Shown: positions 1 to 13,980, counted from the stretch's first letter. The stretch: DNA of 64,000 nt from Eledone cirrhosa (GCA_964016885.1 OZ024742.1:352656001-352720000); one strand, 5' to 3'. Notes: generated by a model from the sequence alone, not told the origin. A program made the numbers and translations.

Positions 1-2940
1 ATAGACGAGGACCCGGCTATTGGAAGCTAAACGCGTCCTTACCAGCGCGCAAGGCCTACAGAGACCGGATTAGCGAACTAGTTAAGCGGGCGTTGACGGG
101 GGCCATCGTCAACAACAAGTGGAGGTTTGCTCTGAAAAGAGCAATTAGAATAGAGTCCATTAGCTTTAGTAAGACTTTAGCAATAGAGAAAAATAGAGCA
201 GAGGGAGAATTAGTTATAAAATTAGATGAGGCGCTTAGCAAAGGCATCGCGACCGACGTACTTGCGGCGAAATTGGCCCTTGACCAATTCTTCAATGCAA
301 AGCACGAAGGCTGCGTTGTCAGAGCTAGGGTGCGTGCTCTCAGACATGAGGGGACGAACGCCGTTCAATGGGCCCGAGTGGCGGAGGCGCGTCGTGGAAA
401 CAAAGCCACGATCCGGTCTTTGGTGGACCACGACGGGCGCATGCTACTCGATCCCGGGCAAATGTGTGAAGCTTTTCAGCGACACTTCGCTCAACTGTTC
501 GGGGGCAGTGGCGGGCCGGATCGAGGGATGGACTTTAGTGTCTACCTCGACGGACTGCCGCGGCTTTCGGCCACTGAGGCGGAGTGTTGCGAAAAGCCGA
601 TAACAACCGCTGAAGTACGGGATGCAATGACTAGTTGCACAAGGGGTAAATCGCCTGGTTTGGATGGTCTCCCCTATGAACTTTACGTACAAATGCCAAA
701 CTTGTTCGGAGGCCTCTTGGCGGACGTCTACTGCAACTGGCAACAGCACGGGAGAGTTCCCAGCTCTGTGAGCCGAGGAGCGGTGGAGCTGCTGAGAAAG
801 GATCCGAACAAGGGGGATAACATAGATAATTTTAGGCCCATAACTCTGCTAAACACAGAGTTCAAGATTTTGGCCAAGGTGCTAGCAAAGAGGTTGGCGC
901 TTGTCGTTGGTGGTATGGTGGGAGAGGCGCAGACATGCGCCATTCCCGACAGATCCATCCACGACAACCTCCACCTCATGCGATACATCGTAGAGAGGGT
1001 AGCTAGGGAACCTGGCACGGGTGGGTCTTTGATCAATTTAGATCAGTCGAAAGCCTTCGATAGGGTCGACCATCGTTACCTAACGGCAGTCCTGAGGGCG
1101 GCTGGCTTTGGGCCCGTCTTCAGAGGCTGGATCGCTGCCATGAACAGCGACATCTGCTCTGTAGTGAGAGTGAACGGCCACCTTTCGGAACCGTTCAACA
1201 TCATGCGCTCGGTCCGCCAAGGATGTCCCCTCTCTCCTATTGTACGTATTGACTCTCGAGCCATTACTGCACAAACTGGAGACGTTGAGGGGGGTCCCGC
1301 GCGAACTAGGATGCGGAAGATCCGTGTCAGCATATGCCGACGATGTCACCGTAGTGGTGTCGAACGCCAAACACATCGAGGCGATCGGTACTACACTAAG
1401 AGAATACGAAGCGGTGACAGGAGCAATGATCAACCAGGAAAAGTCAGTGGGCCTGCAGCTCGGCACCTGGAGAGGCAGGTCCATGCCGTCCAACAGCGTC
1501 GTCGGGCGCTGGACGGACGGACCGGTTAAATTGCTAGGGGTCTGGTTCGGTCCAGACCTCCAGACGGACAAAAACTGGGACGAGGTGACGAGCAGGGTGG
1601 CTTCTCTCACCCAGAAATGGGCCGAGAGGAAGCTATCCCTGAAAGGTCGAGCGGAGGTGGCGAATGCGTACATCGCTCCGTCATCTACTACCGCCTGACC
1701 GTCGTACCTTGTCCTAAGCCCCGCCTGACTGCGCTGGAGCGTTTGCTCTTTCGCTTCTTGTGGAAGGGACGCGCTCCGATGGTCAGGCGGTCCATCTGCT
1801 GTCAACACCCGCTACGTGGAGGGCTGGGCATGCCGTGGCTGATGATGCGCAGACACGCGCTCAGGCTCCGACATCTCCACCTCTTCCTCGACGGTAATCA
1901 GGTGTGGTCGCCGTTTGCAAGACGCGTTTTTCCCCAGCTCGTCTCCTTGACGGAGCTGCAGTCCTGGGTCAAGCGAAGACCGAGAGGGAGCGTTTGGAGA
2001 CTGGAATGTCGTCAGGCGCTCCCAGCCCTCGACCAATCGGGCAATGTGATCGGTGGAAACTCCACCTTGGCGTTCTATAGGGGATTAGTGGAGGGGAAGA
2101 GCGACGACGTACTTGGAGAAACTCTAGGCGTCGACGAAAATCAACTAGCCAATCTCTTCGGAAGGACTTTCGGGCCGGGGCCTATGGACAACTTCCAGAA
2201 ATCCCTGGCCTGGCAGTGCTACCGAGGAGCTTTGCCAGTTCGGGATAAACTCTACAGGCATGGAGGTGCCGTCAGCCGGGCATGTCCGAGATGCGCGCAG
2301 GGCGACGAAACCGTCCTGCACGCACTCGTCCAGTGTCCGAGCATTGCTGACTTGTGGGTTTATGTCGAACACCTGCTGTCACGTGTAGGACGGATCCGGC
2401 TATCAGCTGAGTCTATCGTGAGGATTGCCCCGCCCCCTTCCTTTAGCCTGGAAGGGCAGGCAGTTTTTATCTGTCTGGTGGCCATGGCGAAAGAGATAGT
2501 ATGGTGGACACGTTTGAAAGGGCTGAAGACGAGCACTTACCTCTTCGGTGATGCCCTGATTAACTTTTTCAAATTTCATTTGAAAAGGAAAATCAGGGTA
2601 GAGAGGGAAGTGCTCTCTTCCCAGCATTTTGTTGAAAGATGGGTGAGAGAAGCAAGTATGGCCCGAATGAATGGGCCTTCTCTGAGTATGTGTCTGTAAA
2701 TTAAAGGTGGAAAACTGGGAGAGGGCACCTGCCCTGGTGGTCAGGGCCACTGTGGTCTTTTAATGGGCTTTCTCCACAAATGTCCCTTGGAAGTCTCCCC
2801 CCTATTGGGGAATTTTTCTTTGTTATTTTATTTCAACCTCTGTTTTTTTACACGCAGAAATGCCCATTTGTACCGTCCTGTATTGTCCTGTACTGTCCTT
2901 AATGTCTACTTCATGTGAACCCTTGTGGTTAATAAAGAAA
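1..2940 (+). mobile_element. Tx1-clade (L1 group) non-LTR retrotransposon, ORF2 RT + C-terminal CCHC, 3' UTR; 5' part outside window; two frameshifts
   Basis: ORFs 93-1529, 1240-1698, 1617-2699 give KSPGLDGLP, NFRPITLLNTEFKILAKVLA, LDQSKAFDRVDH, SVRQGCPLSP, AYADDV, LSLKGR, GGLG, CPRC..ETVLHALVQC; AATAAA at ~2931 followed by (TTA)n. Confidence 0.93.
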
Positions 2941-2941
2941 A

Positions 2942-2942
<1 letters not shown>

Positions 2943-3002
<60 letters not shown>

Positions 3003-3029
3003 ATTATTATTATTATTATTATTATTATT
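2943..3029. repeat. (TTA)n tail/microsatellite
   Basis: ~29 near-perfect TTA units directly after the Tx1 3' UTR. Confidence 0.97.
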
Positions 3030-3038
3030 AGTTGAGAC

Positions 3039-4155
3039 TTAACGGTCACCTTTCGGAACCGTTCAACATCATACGCTCGCTCCGGCAAGGATGTCCCCTC
3101 TCGTCCCTGTTGTACGTATTTACTCTCGAGCCATTACTGCAGAAACTGGAGACGTTGAGTGGGGTCCCGCGCGAATTAGTATGAGGAAGATCCGTGTCAG
3201 CATATGCGGACGATGTAACCGTAGTGGTGTCGAATGCCAAACTCATTTAGGCGATCGGCACTAGACTAAGATAATACGAGGCGTTTACAGGAGCAATGAT
3301 CAACCAGGAAAAGTCACTGGGCCTGCGGCTTGGCACCTGGCGAGGCAGGTCCATGCCGTCCAACAGCTTCGTCGGGCGCTGGACGGACGGACCGTATAAT
3401 TGCTTGGGGTCTTGTTCGGTCCGGACTTCCAGAGAAACATTAACTGGGACGAGGTGACGAGCAGGGTGGCTTCTCTCACCTAGAAATGGGCAGAGAGGAA
3501 GCTCTTACTAAAAGGTCGAGCGGAGGTGGCCAATGCGTACATCGCGTCCGTAATCAACTACCGCCTGACCGTCGTGCCTTGTCCTAAGCCTCGTCTGACT
3601 GCGCTGGATCGTTTGCTCTTTCGTTTTTTTGTGGAAGGGACGCGCTCCGATTGTCAGGCGGTCCATCTGCTCTCAACACCCGCTACGTGGAGGATGGGCG
3701 TGCCGTGGCTGATGATGCTCACATACGCGCTCAGGCTACGACATCTCGACCTCTTCCTCGACGGTGATCAGGTGTGGTCGCCCTTTGCTAGACGCGTCTT
3801 TCCCCAGCTCGTCTCCTTGACGGAGCTTCAGTCCATGGTCAAGCGAAGACTGAGACGGAGCGCTTGGAGACTTGAATGTCCTCAGACGCTCACAGCCCTC
3901 GACCAGCCAGGAAATGTGATCGTTGGAAACTCCACCATGGCGTTCTATAGAGGATTAGTGGAGGGGAAGAGCGACGATGTTTTTTGGGAAACTCTAGGCG
4001 TTGACGAAAATCAACTAGCTGTGGCTTATGGACAACTTCCAGAAATCCCTGGTCTGGCAGTGCTACCGAGGATATTTTCCTGTTCGGGATAAACTCTACA
4101 GGCATGGAAGTGCCGTCAGCCGGGCATGTCCGAGATGCACGCAGGGACACGAAAC
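3039..4155 (+). mobile_element. Second, degenerate internal fragment of the same Tx1 family
   Basis: Collinear with 1173-2313 (aacggtcacctttcggaaccgttcaac ... gcatgtccgagatgcacgcaggg) with stops and indels. Confidence 0.93.
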
Positions 4156-4156
4156 C

Positions 4157-4476
4157 GGGTCACGAATGACCATGTGATTAGCACCTAGAAAGTTTCCTTC
4201 CGAGGCACAAATCCGGGCAAGGTGGTTTTGAGGGAGACTAGCAGTCGCCCATGAATTACAGTCTCCCATCTCCACGCCATTGATGACGTCGAAGGGGAAG
4301 GCAATGGCCGATAAAGTTTGACACCAGTGTCGTCGCAACTCATTTCTACAGAAGAGTAAACTGGAGCAACCTGAAATGAAGTGTCTTGCTCAAGGACACA
4401 ACATATCACTCGTTCCAAGAATCGAACTCACAACCTTTCGATTGCAAGCCCAATGCTCTAACCACTATACCGTGCT
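4157..4476 (-). mobile_element. tRNA-derived SINE
   Basis: Reverse strand reads A-box-like ggtatagtggttagagc, B-box gttcgattc, then tgtgtccttgagcaagacac core; the same head occurs at 9600-9720. Confidence 0.8.
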
Positions 4477-4544
4477 TAAGAGTTTTATGCTAATTCAATT
4501 CTGAAATCTAAGATATTGGGTTGTATTAAAGTATTTTAATCAGA

Positions 4545-4730
4545 GCGGTTGATTGGCAGTATCGGTAGATGGTCGGATGCCATCATTTGACGTATAGAGT
4601 TACCGCCCTTGCAATTCTGAGTTCAAATCCCACCGAGGTTAACTTTACCTATCATCCTTTCGGGGTCGATAAAATAAAGTACCAGTAATGCTTTGGGTAA
4701 TTGCTGGCCTTGTGCCAAAAGTAGAAACAG
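4545..4730 (+). mobile_element. SINE (second family; gagttcaaatcc..gaggt..catcctttcggggtcgataaaataaagtacc..ggccttgtgccaaaagtagaaac)
   Basis: B-box-like gttcaaatcc; related copies at 27095-27250 (-), 39460-39700 (+), 58983-59030 (+). Confidence 0.75.
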
Positions 4731-6373
4731 TTAATTTATTTTAATCTGAAATGTATAGAAAAATCATGCGATTCATACAAATTGTACTTTCGACCATTAA
4801 TCGAATTACGTATTGTATGGAATATCAAATTTGTCTATATTTTGTAAAATTCCACAATGTTGATTTACGATCTGTCTCTGGATATGACGTCGTTTTCCCC
4901 CAAAAAAATTGTAATGAATTCTAAGTGTAATATAACTTTCTATATTGCAATATAATGTTTACACTCGCAGTCAACTATTTTATTTAAGACGAATCAGGTG
5001 TTTTCGGGAAAATTACTCGTTAAATGTTCACTTTGAGCTTCAATTCGATGTAATAATAATTAATTTCTTTAAAACATAATCATATATTTATCGTGACCTA
5101 GATAATACGACATTTGTGTTATCATAAATAACGTATATCAATGCATTTATACGAGTATTTATAACGTCATCAAATAAACGACAAACGCATGAAATTGTAT
5201 TAATCGTCTACAAATATAACCATTTCTATTGTAATGTACACATGACCCAACAAATGTATCAACTAACAACTTGTCAAATGCTGCTTGAACATATGTTAAA
5301 ATTTATATAATCGAGTGCTGAAAAATCAATATGATGATACATGTTACAACGTTACAGAAACAGTATTTATTTGACCATAGGGGATTTTGTAGGAGTTTCG
5401 CTTTTGACATGCAGTTAAACAAGGATTCTATTCCTGCTTTTTTAACATATGTTATGCAAAGAAAGTTCTACAACGTTTCAAGTTATAAATAATTAATGAC
5501 TTTAGATTCTGTTTGCCTAATAATAAGATTATAGATATGCAAGAATAATCACCTTTGTATAATATTATGAAGTTTTCATTGTCCTTGCATCATGAAATGT
5601 TTACTATGAATTGACCATTCTATTGTTGCAATACTTTTGTACTATAAAATATAAATATATGTAAATAAAAAACTAAGTGATGCACCATTGCAGACGCAAA
5701 TGACAGCTTTTCGCATAATAGACGAAACATGGCAAATATACGTCGGTAGATTACAATTTATTTCCGGGATTATTTGGTTTAAAATATAATGAACTTTTTT
5801 TTTAACTGGTGAATGCGGACGTGCAATAAAAAAAAAACAATACAAGACGTTATTACATTGTATTTGGTGGACTTGAATCTTAACCTAATCTTTTCAATAT
5901 ATTGCTGTTTCATAATTCTAGGCTAATATTTTAAAGTGAAACGTTAAATTAACCGAACGAAAAACCTGAGGACTATAGTTGATATTCATATGATAAACCG
6001 GAGGAATCACTACCGCTCTACACGTCCAGGTTTAGCTTGATGGCATAAATGCTATATACAATTGTTACCCAGAGGTTTGCCATATGACGTATAGAATATT
6101 ACGTTAACTAGGAGTAATAAACTACACGTACAATTATGATTTAATCAGAAGTTCCAAATCATATTCAATATAATTACAATCACCAAATGACACCTAACAA
6201 GTAATATGCAGCATACAGTTTTTAGTTTCAGGAACTTGTTTTTCTTTTATTGAATTAACTTGACACTTCATCGTCGAAAAAAAAACGGAAAGGATCGAAA
6301 TAATTTCGTTTCTAAGCTACTTGATACTTGTTGCGTTCTTAAAGCCATCGGAATGTATTGCATATATATATAC

Positions 6374-6437
<64 letters not shown>

Positions 6438-6562
6438 AAATGATAAACTGAGTCCAGATGCATCACTCATTTTTCGTTTTATATCATATCACACTCTGCT
6501 ATCTAAGAACATAGAGTGCTCAACTGGCATACCGCCTATGGAAGCATCATAGCGACCATTAA

Positions 6563-6638
<76 letters not shown>

Positions 6639-8519
6639 CAACTAGAAATTGATTGACATATATATATATATATATAAAATAAACATGAAACAATCACACG
6701 GAATGATTTGTAAAAGTCTGTAAGCACACACACCTAGGTAGGTAACTATTTAAAGTTTAACTAGAACTGTATATGTAGATACCTTTTAAAATGATTAATC
6801 TTCCTTGTATATATTTCACCATCAATCGGTTGGTAAATCACAGTAGTCAAATCCCGCATTTTCAACAAGGGAGATGTTTTAACTATCTGTGTTTACACAG
6901 CAAATGTGAATCTGCGAATGACTAGCAGCACGTTTGCATCTTTTTAAAAATACACACATCATACCAGCTTCATCGGGTTGCGCGAATAGGATTATCGACA
7001 ACTAGAAATAGCAGCCGAGTCCTTTCAACTGAGATAGCTCTACAATTAACGGACCGTACCATAACGCAGCAGAGTACTCGATACTTTGGATAGTAGAGTG
7101 GGTAATAGGAAAAGGTTCAGGACCCCGACGGCAGGACTAAAGCCATTTAGACGGCTATTTCTGGAATGAAATAGCCGTGGAAACGGCTTGAGCTCTGCCG
7201 CCGGTGTCCGGAACCATTGCCTATACATACATATATATCCTTATGATTCATGAAGTTTAATTTGTATATTTATAGTATATATGTATTACATGATCCTAAT
7301 ATAATAATTGATCTAAAACCTTAATTTTAACAATATTAACAGTAACTTATTTATTATATTATTTCATGTTATGTTTACATGACTAATATTGTCTGGAACT
7401 TTAGACATTATACTCTTTGTATACATTTAGACAAATTAGTATATCTAGATTAATAACCATTTTTAAGTATAAGATACTTTAGGGCATTCTAATTATTAAT
7501 TTAAAATGTTTAAAGTTATAACTGTAATTACTTTCTCAATGACATAATGATTATTTTTTTAATATAATTTGATATGGATTAACTTCAAAAGGATGAAAAT
7601 ATTAAGTCTATTCTTTCTCATGTTTGCAAATACTTTAAATATGATTTTATAAATTAAATATGATAGTATACTTTAATATAAATACTTATAAATTGTTATA
7701 GCCTGAAATATTATACATTTAGATTAATTCATTATTCTGAACTAACATAAATAATTCAAATTTTAACGATCGTCCGGTTACGTTTATTTCTAATTAACTA
7801 AGGACTCGAAATTAAACCCTTATAATTACACCCAGATATATTTAATATGATTGATTATTTCTAGATACATCAAAGATTCGAGTGTACTCTTTCACAAAGC
7901 TATGCCCAAATGTATATTTATGTATTTATATATATATATATATATATGTGCATCATCTAATCACACGCTATTTATCCACGACAATAAAAATATCCCTCCC
8001 TATGCCTTAATACTATGAAACATATTCCTCCTTGTCTCTCTATGCTTGATCAATTCTCTTTTGCTTTCTGTACTTCTAGTAACTATCTTTTTCCTCATCT
8101 GTTTTTCTCTGTCTTTCTTCTTTCTTCAATAATTTAAATGATTTCAATCTCTAACAGTTATGTAAATTGCTATTATGTATTTTTAAGCTTTCTCACACGC
8201 ACCCTCAGTATTATATGTAATTTGTCCATGTCTCAATTATAAGATGTATACATATTGAGTTTTGTCATATCTCATTCACTTCTATGACTGAATCTTAACA
8301 ATCTACTAAGTCAATGTATGCCATGCATCATCTTATTTTATCTAACGAGGACGTACTGTTGAAGATAGCACAGTACCTCTCAAATATGCATAATAAAACA
8401 TACTTGATCACACCAATGTCTATTTTTATTAATATTTTGAGTTAATATTGATAACTCCGGAAAACCATAACTGGGGAGTGCTTCCAATCTATTGTAAAAT
8501 TCATTCTTTGATGTATTCA

Positions 8520-9283
8520 TTGAACCTTGTTTAACTTTGAAATATACGGAATCTACTAAACATCATAGAAATTTACCAACATTTCACCCATCCTCTTACG
8601 GAATCACCTATATAAGTCACCCACACACACATCCCAAAATTTATTTTTTCTCCCACACGCCACCTACACCCACAACACGCTTAAACCCCACACACACGTT
8701 CTTTCCACCGCATATTTACACCCTCAGCCTCCTGATTCCTCTCCCCCCACCCCTCTATCCACACACGCACAGACACTCCGACCTACAACCCCCCCCACAC
8801 ACTCCTCTTCCTGCACATGCAACCCCGTTCTTCCCCCAACACTTACTTTCACATACACACACACACACACACGTACACCTACACACACACCATCTTCAGC
8901 CCTCCCCGCTCGGACACCCCGTCTCCCTCTCCCCACTCCACCCACCACCACCCCTACACACCCCACACCCTTCCACCACCTGTTTTACCCCTTTTTAATT
9001 TCAGTTTATTTTGATCATGCTTTTATATTTATTTTTATTTCATTCCTTTTATTTTGATCATGCTTTATTTTTATTTTTATTTTTAATTTCATTCGCACCG
9101 TTTCCTTTCGCTATATGTCTCTCCACCACAACCCTACACACTCTGTTCCCACACACTTCTCACCTGAGGAAGGGCTTATGCCCGAAAAGTCGTTCCCCAC
9201 CACCACCCCACTCTCCAGAGCGTGAAATTAATAAACATTCTTTGTACTGCCTCTCTGTTTTGTTCCTGTTCAAATGTTTCCAT
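8520..9283 (+). mobile_element. PLE terminal-repeat-like element (CA-rich) with a mutated minimal HHR motif
   Basis: Highly similar to 20030-20803; contains ctgagga-a-gggc-ttat-gccc-gaaa-agtc at 9164-9191, then AATAAA and a (TA)n run. Confidence 0.65.
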
Positions 9284-9318
<35 letters not shown>

Positions 9319-9449
9319 AATGGAAAAATTATGTATATATATATATATATATATACATATACATACTCACACACATATATATACCTACACATACACACAC
9401 ACTCACACACACACACACACACATATATATACCTACACGTACACACACA

Positions 9450-9501
<52 letters not shown>

Positions 9502-9599
9502 GGAACGATCGACTTTCGTCAAATCGGACAGAGGGAACAACGTTTCCGTTGGTCTTTCCAATTGCTAATACTATCTATCGGTCGCAGCTCCAGGTAGAA

Positions 9600-9720
9600 G
9601 GAGCAACGTGAAATAAAGTGTCTTGCTCAAGGACACAACGCATCGCCTGGTCCAGGAATCGAACTCACAACCTTACGATTGCGAATCCAATTCTCTAACC
9701 ACTCAGCCACACGCCTTCAC
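9600..9720 (-). mobile_element. tRNA-derived SINE head
   Basis: Reverse complement: gtggctgagtggttagag (A box) ... gttcgattcc (B box) ... gtgtccttgagcaagacac. Confidence 0.8.
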
Positions 9721-9973
<253 letters not shown>

Positions 9974-10104
9974 GATTAATCTACCAAGAGTTTACGGTAG
10001 TGTCCAATCCGTATGAAGAACTCAATGCAATCCGGATATCATGGAAAGAAGAGATGCAATGAAAAATCACTTTCGGTGAAAGATAAACGGAATACAGAGT
10101 CAAG

Positions 10105-11687
10105 ATAAAATATTAAAAAAATAATGAATAAAACAATGAAACACTTCCTTATATTAAACAAAAAAAGTTCATTATTTAACGATCGTTTCTAGGATATATA
10201 TGTGTTAGAATTGGCATGCATATTCAACAGATCTATGTACAAAATTATACAAAATTATACAAACTATCAAAATTAAATATACATACCAAACACATATATA
10301 TGCCGTCTTCAGAAATAATGAAATATATTTATTGATAATAACAACAATTCAAAATTTCAGGTCCGTTTGGGAACAGAGTTCAAATTGACCAATGAAAATA
10401 CAAAAAGTTTATGCAGTTAGGTGTGTGTATATACATGTAATTAACTTCGTTCACAGATATGCATAAACATATATGTTCACATGCATACGCATGCCAAAAA
10501 GATGTATGTAAATACAAAAATTCAAGGCTAATGTCTCTGTAAGTTTATAATCTACAGATAAAATGCGTATAGACACATAAATATAAAATATAAAATAAAT
10601 ATATACACACATTCATATACTCACACAATATTCGTACATTCACACACACACGCGCGTATACGCATAAACATACACATAACTACGAACATACATACACACA
10701 TACACCCCCACACACATATATATGTGTATATACTATTATCATAAGCATATGGACATTAATGCACGCACATAAACACTGCCACACATATTTAGATCCAGAT
10801 ACAGAAATTAGGTGGGGGGGGGGAGGTCAGTATTCAACGGTGTCAGCAGACTGCCTATTTATGAATGTATCTATAAATGTACCTATAAACTTTTCTTTTT
10901 CTTTTCTTTTTATTTCTAAGTTTATAGATACATTTATAAATAGGCAGTCTGCTGACACCGTTGAATACTGACCTCTCCCCCCCCCCCCACCTAATTTCTG
11001 TATCTGGATCTAAATATGTGTGGCAGTGTTTATGTGCGTGCATTAATGTCCATATGCTTATGATAATAGTATATACACATATATATGTGTGTGGGGGTGT
11101 ATGTGTGTATGTATGTTCGTAGTTATGTGTATGTTTATGCGTATACGCGCGTGTGTGTGTGAATGTACGAATATGTGTGAGTATATGAATGTGTGTATAT
11201 ATTTATTTTATATTTTATATTTATGTGTCTATACGCATTTTATCTGTAGATTATAAACTTACAGAGACATTAGCCTTGAATTTTTGTATTTACATACATC
11301 TTTTTGGCATGCGTATGCATGTGAACATATATGTTTATGCATATCTGTGAACGAAGTTAATTACATGTATATACACACACCTAACTGCATAAACTTTTTG
11401 TATTTTCATTGGTCAATTTGAACTCTGTTCCCAAACGGACCTGAAATTTTGAATTGTTGTTATTATCAATAAATATATTTCATTATTTCTGAAGACGGCA
11501 TATATATGTGTTTGGTATGTATATTTAATTTTGATAGTTTGTATAATTTTGTATAATTTTGTACATAGATCTGTTGAATATGCATGCCAATTCTAACACA
11601 TATATATCCTAGAAACGATCGTTAAATAATGAACTTTTTTTGTTTAATATAAGGAACTGTTTCATTGTTTTATTCATTATTTTTTTA

Positions 11688-11696
<9 letters not shown>
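10105..11696. repeat. ~1.6-kb near-perfect palindrome (~790-bp arms, ~25-nt pyrimidine spacer)
   Basis: 10105-10892 is the reverse complement of 10918-11696; the mirror ORFs 10759+ and 11043- share the same N-terminus. Confidence 0.95.
11479..11633 (+). ncRNA. Type I hammerhead ribozyme with very long stem II (mirror copy 10168-10322, - strand)
   Basis: ttcattattt CTGAAGA [cggcatatatatgtgtt...aacacatatatatccta] GAAA cgatcg TT aaataatgaa; 10-bp stem I. Confidence 0.7.
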
Positions 11697-11749
<53 letters not shown>

Positions 11750-11805
11750 TGAGATTCTACAGGACTAGAACTGTTTCATTCATTAGAAGTCATCAGGAAT
11801 CTCAT

Positions 11806-11858
11806 GAGATTCCTGATGATTTCTAATGAATGAAACAGTTCTAGTCCTGTAGAATCTC
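11806..11858 (+). ncRNA. Type I hammerhead ribozyme inside a ~120-bp palindrome (mirror copy 11751-11803, -)
   Basis: gagattc CTGATGA tttc-taat-gaat GAAA cag-ttctagtc-ctg TA gaatctc; 7-bp stem I, GUA site; degenerate copy at ~57908-57959. Confidence 0.8.
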
Positions 11859-11939
11859 ATCTATATTAAAACTGTTATACTCTGCTATGTATTGAGTACC
11901 TCACTTACTGTGGTTACCTCCGATTCAACCCGGAATAAC

Positions 11940-12007
<68 letters not shown>

Positions 12008-12163
12008 AGAAGTTTTCCGGAATTATTAATATCATTCAGAATATTAATAAATGAAGACATTCACATAATCAAAATATATGTTTTATTATATATATTTCGA
12101 AGGTACTGTGCTGTTTTCGTCAGATAAAACACATTTATCTGACGAGTACGCACTGAAAATATA

Positions 12164-12224
12164 TTTTATCTGACGAGGACATACTGAAAAAAAGCACAGT
12201 ACCTTCGAAATGTATATAGTAAAA
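12164..12224 (+). ncRNA. Minimal type I HHR inside imperfect palindrome 12035-12272
   Basis: ttttat CTGACGA ggacatactg..cagtaccttc GAAA tgtata TA gtaaaa; relatives at ~8335-8398 (degenerate) and 19747-19799. Confidence 0.65.
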
Positions 12225-13298
12225 CATGTATTTTCATTATATGAATGACTTCATTTATTAATATTCTGAATAATATATATATATGTATATGTTAATGGTT
12301 GCATATATATATATGCAATCATTAATACATTAAAAGCGCAACCGATTAACATTCAGAATTAAAAATATTTCAGTATTTAATTCATTAGCTTTCTATACGT
12401 GATGATGCGATACAATATTAGTTTGAATATAAACCAATTAAAGCGCAATTTAAATAACATACAGTAAAATGAATTTCCTCTAATCGTCGATACGACCAGC
12501 TAATCAAATCTATTTCTAATTACTCGGTAATTAGATGTCACAATTATACACGTTCTATTTCCTTTCTTCAATTAATTGCTTTCGGTTTTCATTAGATTAA
12601 ACTATATATTAAAAAAATATACCTGATATATGACTGGCGATATAGAGAAAATATACCGTCTGTAAATTCGTTTACTTTTCTTGCTCTCCAATTACTGGTA
12701 GTGTTTATGAAGTTCATAGCGCATAAATTGATAGAGAAATATATGGAATCAATATATTCCACATTTTTATTGGCGCCGTCTTAGCAATGTTTCTTTCCAT
12801 ATTTATAACCACTACATCATTATCGTTATCCCAATAATCATGAGCATAATCATGAACATAAAATATACTCATCTCATTTATAATTGTAGATAATTGGAAC
12901 CATGAACATGGCATGTTTTTTTTTACAATCTGTATTTTCTATTACTATACTCACTATACTCACATACATGAACACACATATACAGATATCTGCATACATA
13001 CACACACACATGCATACCTAAATACAAACGCACTCACACAAACACACACAAACACGCACACATATATTTATATATGTAAATATTTGGTGGACACGGACCT
13101 CGGAAATCCTACCCTATGCAATATAATATACTCAAAATATAGATGCAAGAAGTGGCAAATAAAGGAAAACAAAATATGGTGGCGTTGTTTATTTTTTCCA
13201 GTATATTTCAAAACAGTATTTCAGAGTTAGTTCCCTGTTTCTAAAAGCATATTGAGAACTATTAATTTTGCAGATCGAATAAAATTATGGGCGCATAT

Positions 13299-13372
<74 letters not shown>

Positions 13373-13494
13373 TCACACACATACACACACACGTACACAC
13401 ACACACATACACACACACACACACACATACGCACATACACACACATACACACACACACACATACACACACACACACACACATATGTATATATAT

Positions 13495-13980
13495 ATGAGT
13501 ATGTACACGTACATACATATGTGTATACAGACGTATATATATATATACATACATGTACACATATATATATATATATGTACGTATGGATTCACCGAACATT
13601 TATTATAATGCTTGGTGTGTTTGTAAACAAGCATCCCGTATTAAGCCGTAGTGTCTAGCAACCACCGTAGCTCGTTTGTTCAACACTGAAAAAGGAACGC
13701 TGTAATAGTTTGAAGCTTATTAGCTATCATCAGCAACGTATACCTTCCTGCCAGATTGTTGAACGTATATACTTACCTTATGCATATTAACGGCTGAGTA
13801 GCCCCATTTGCATATCGAATGGGTTAATCGGCCGGGTGCACCGAAAACGATAAACGCGAAAAATGAAACGAAATGACATTTCCCACTCTTAGTACGGCTG
13901 TTACTTAAATATAAGTATGTACACGTACATACATATATGTATACAGACGTACAGTAGTATGTCTATATATATACATACAT

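Noticed and set aside
9640-9715. tRNA gene
   Set aside because: The tRNA-like head continues into SINE core sequence and does not form a complete cloverleaf
10759-11043. Pair of identical-start ORFs on opposite strands
   Set aside because: Consequence of the palindrome, not a gene pair
12714-12914. 66-aa minus-strand ORF in unique AT-rich DNA (similarly 5642-5845 and 26380-26589)
   Set aside because: Length expected by chance; no recognisable motif or convincing splice sites
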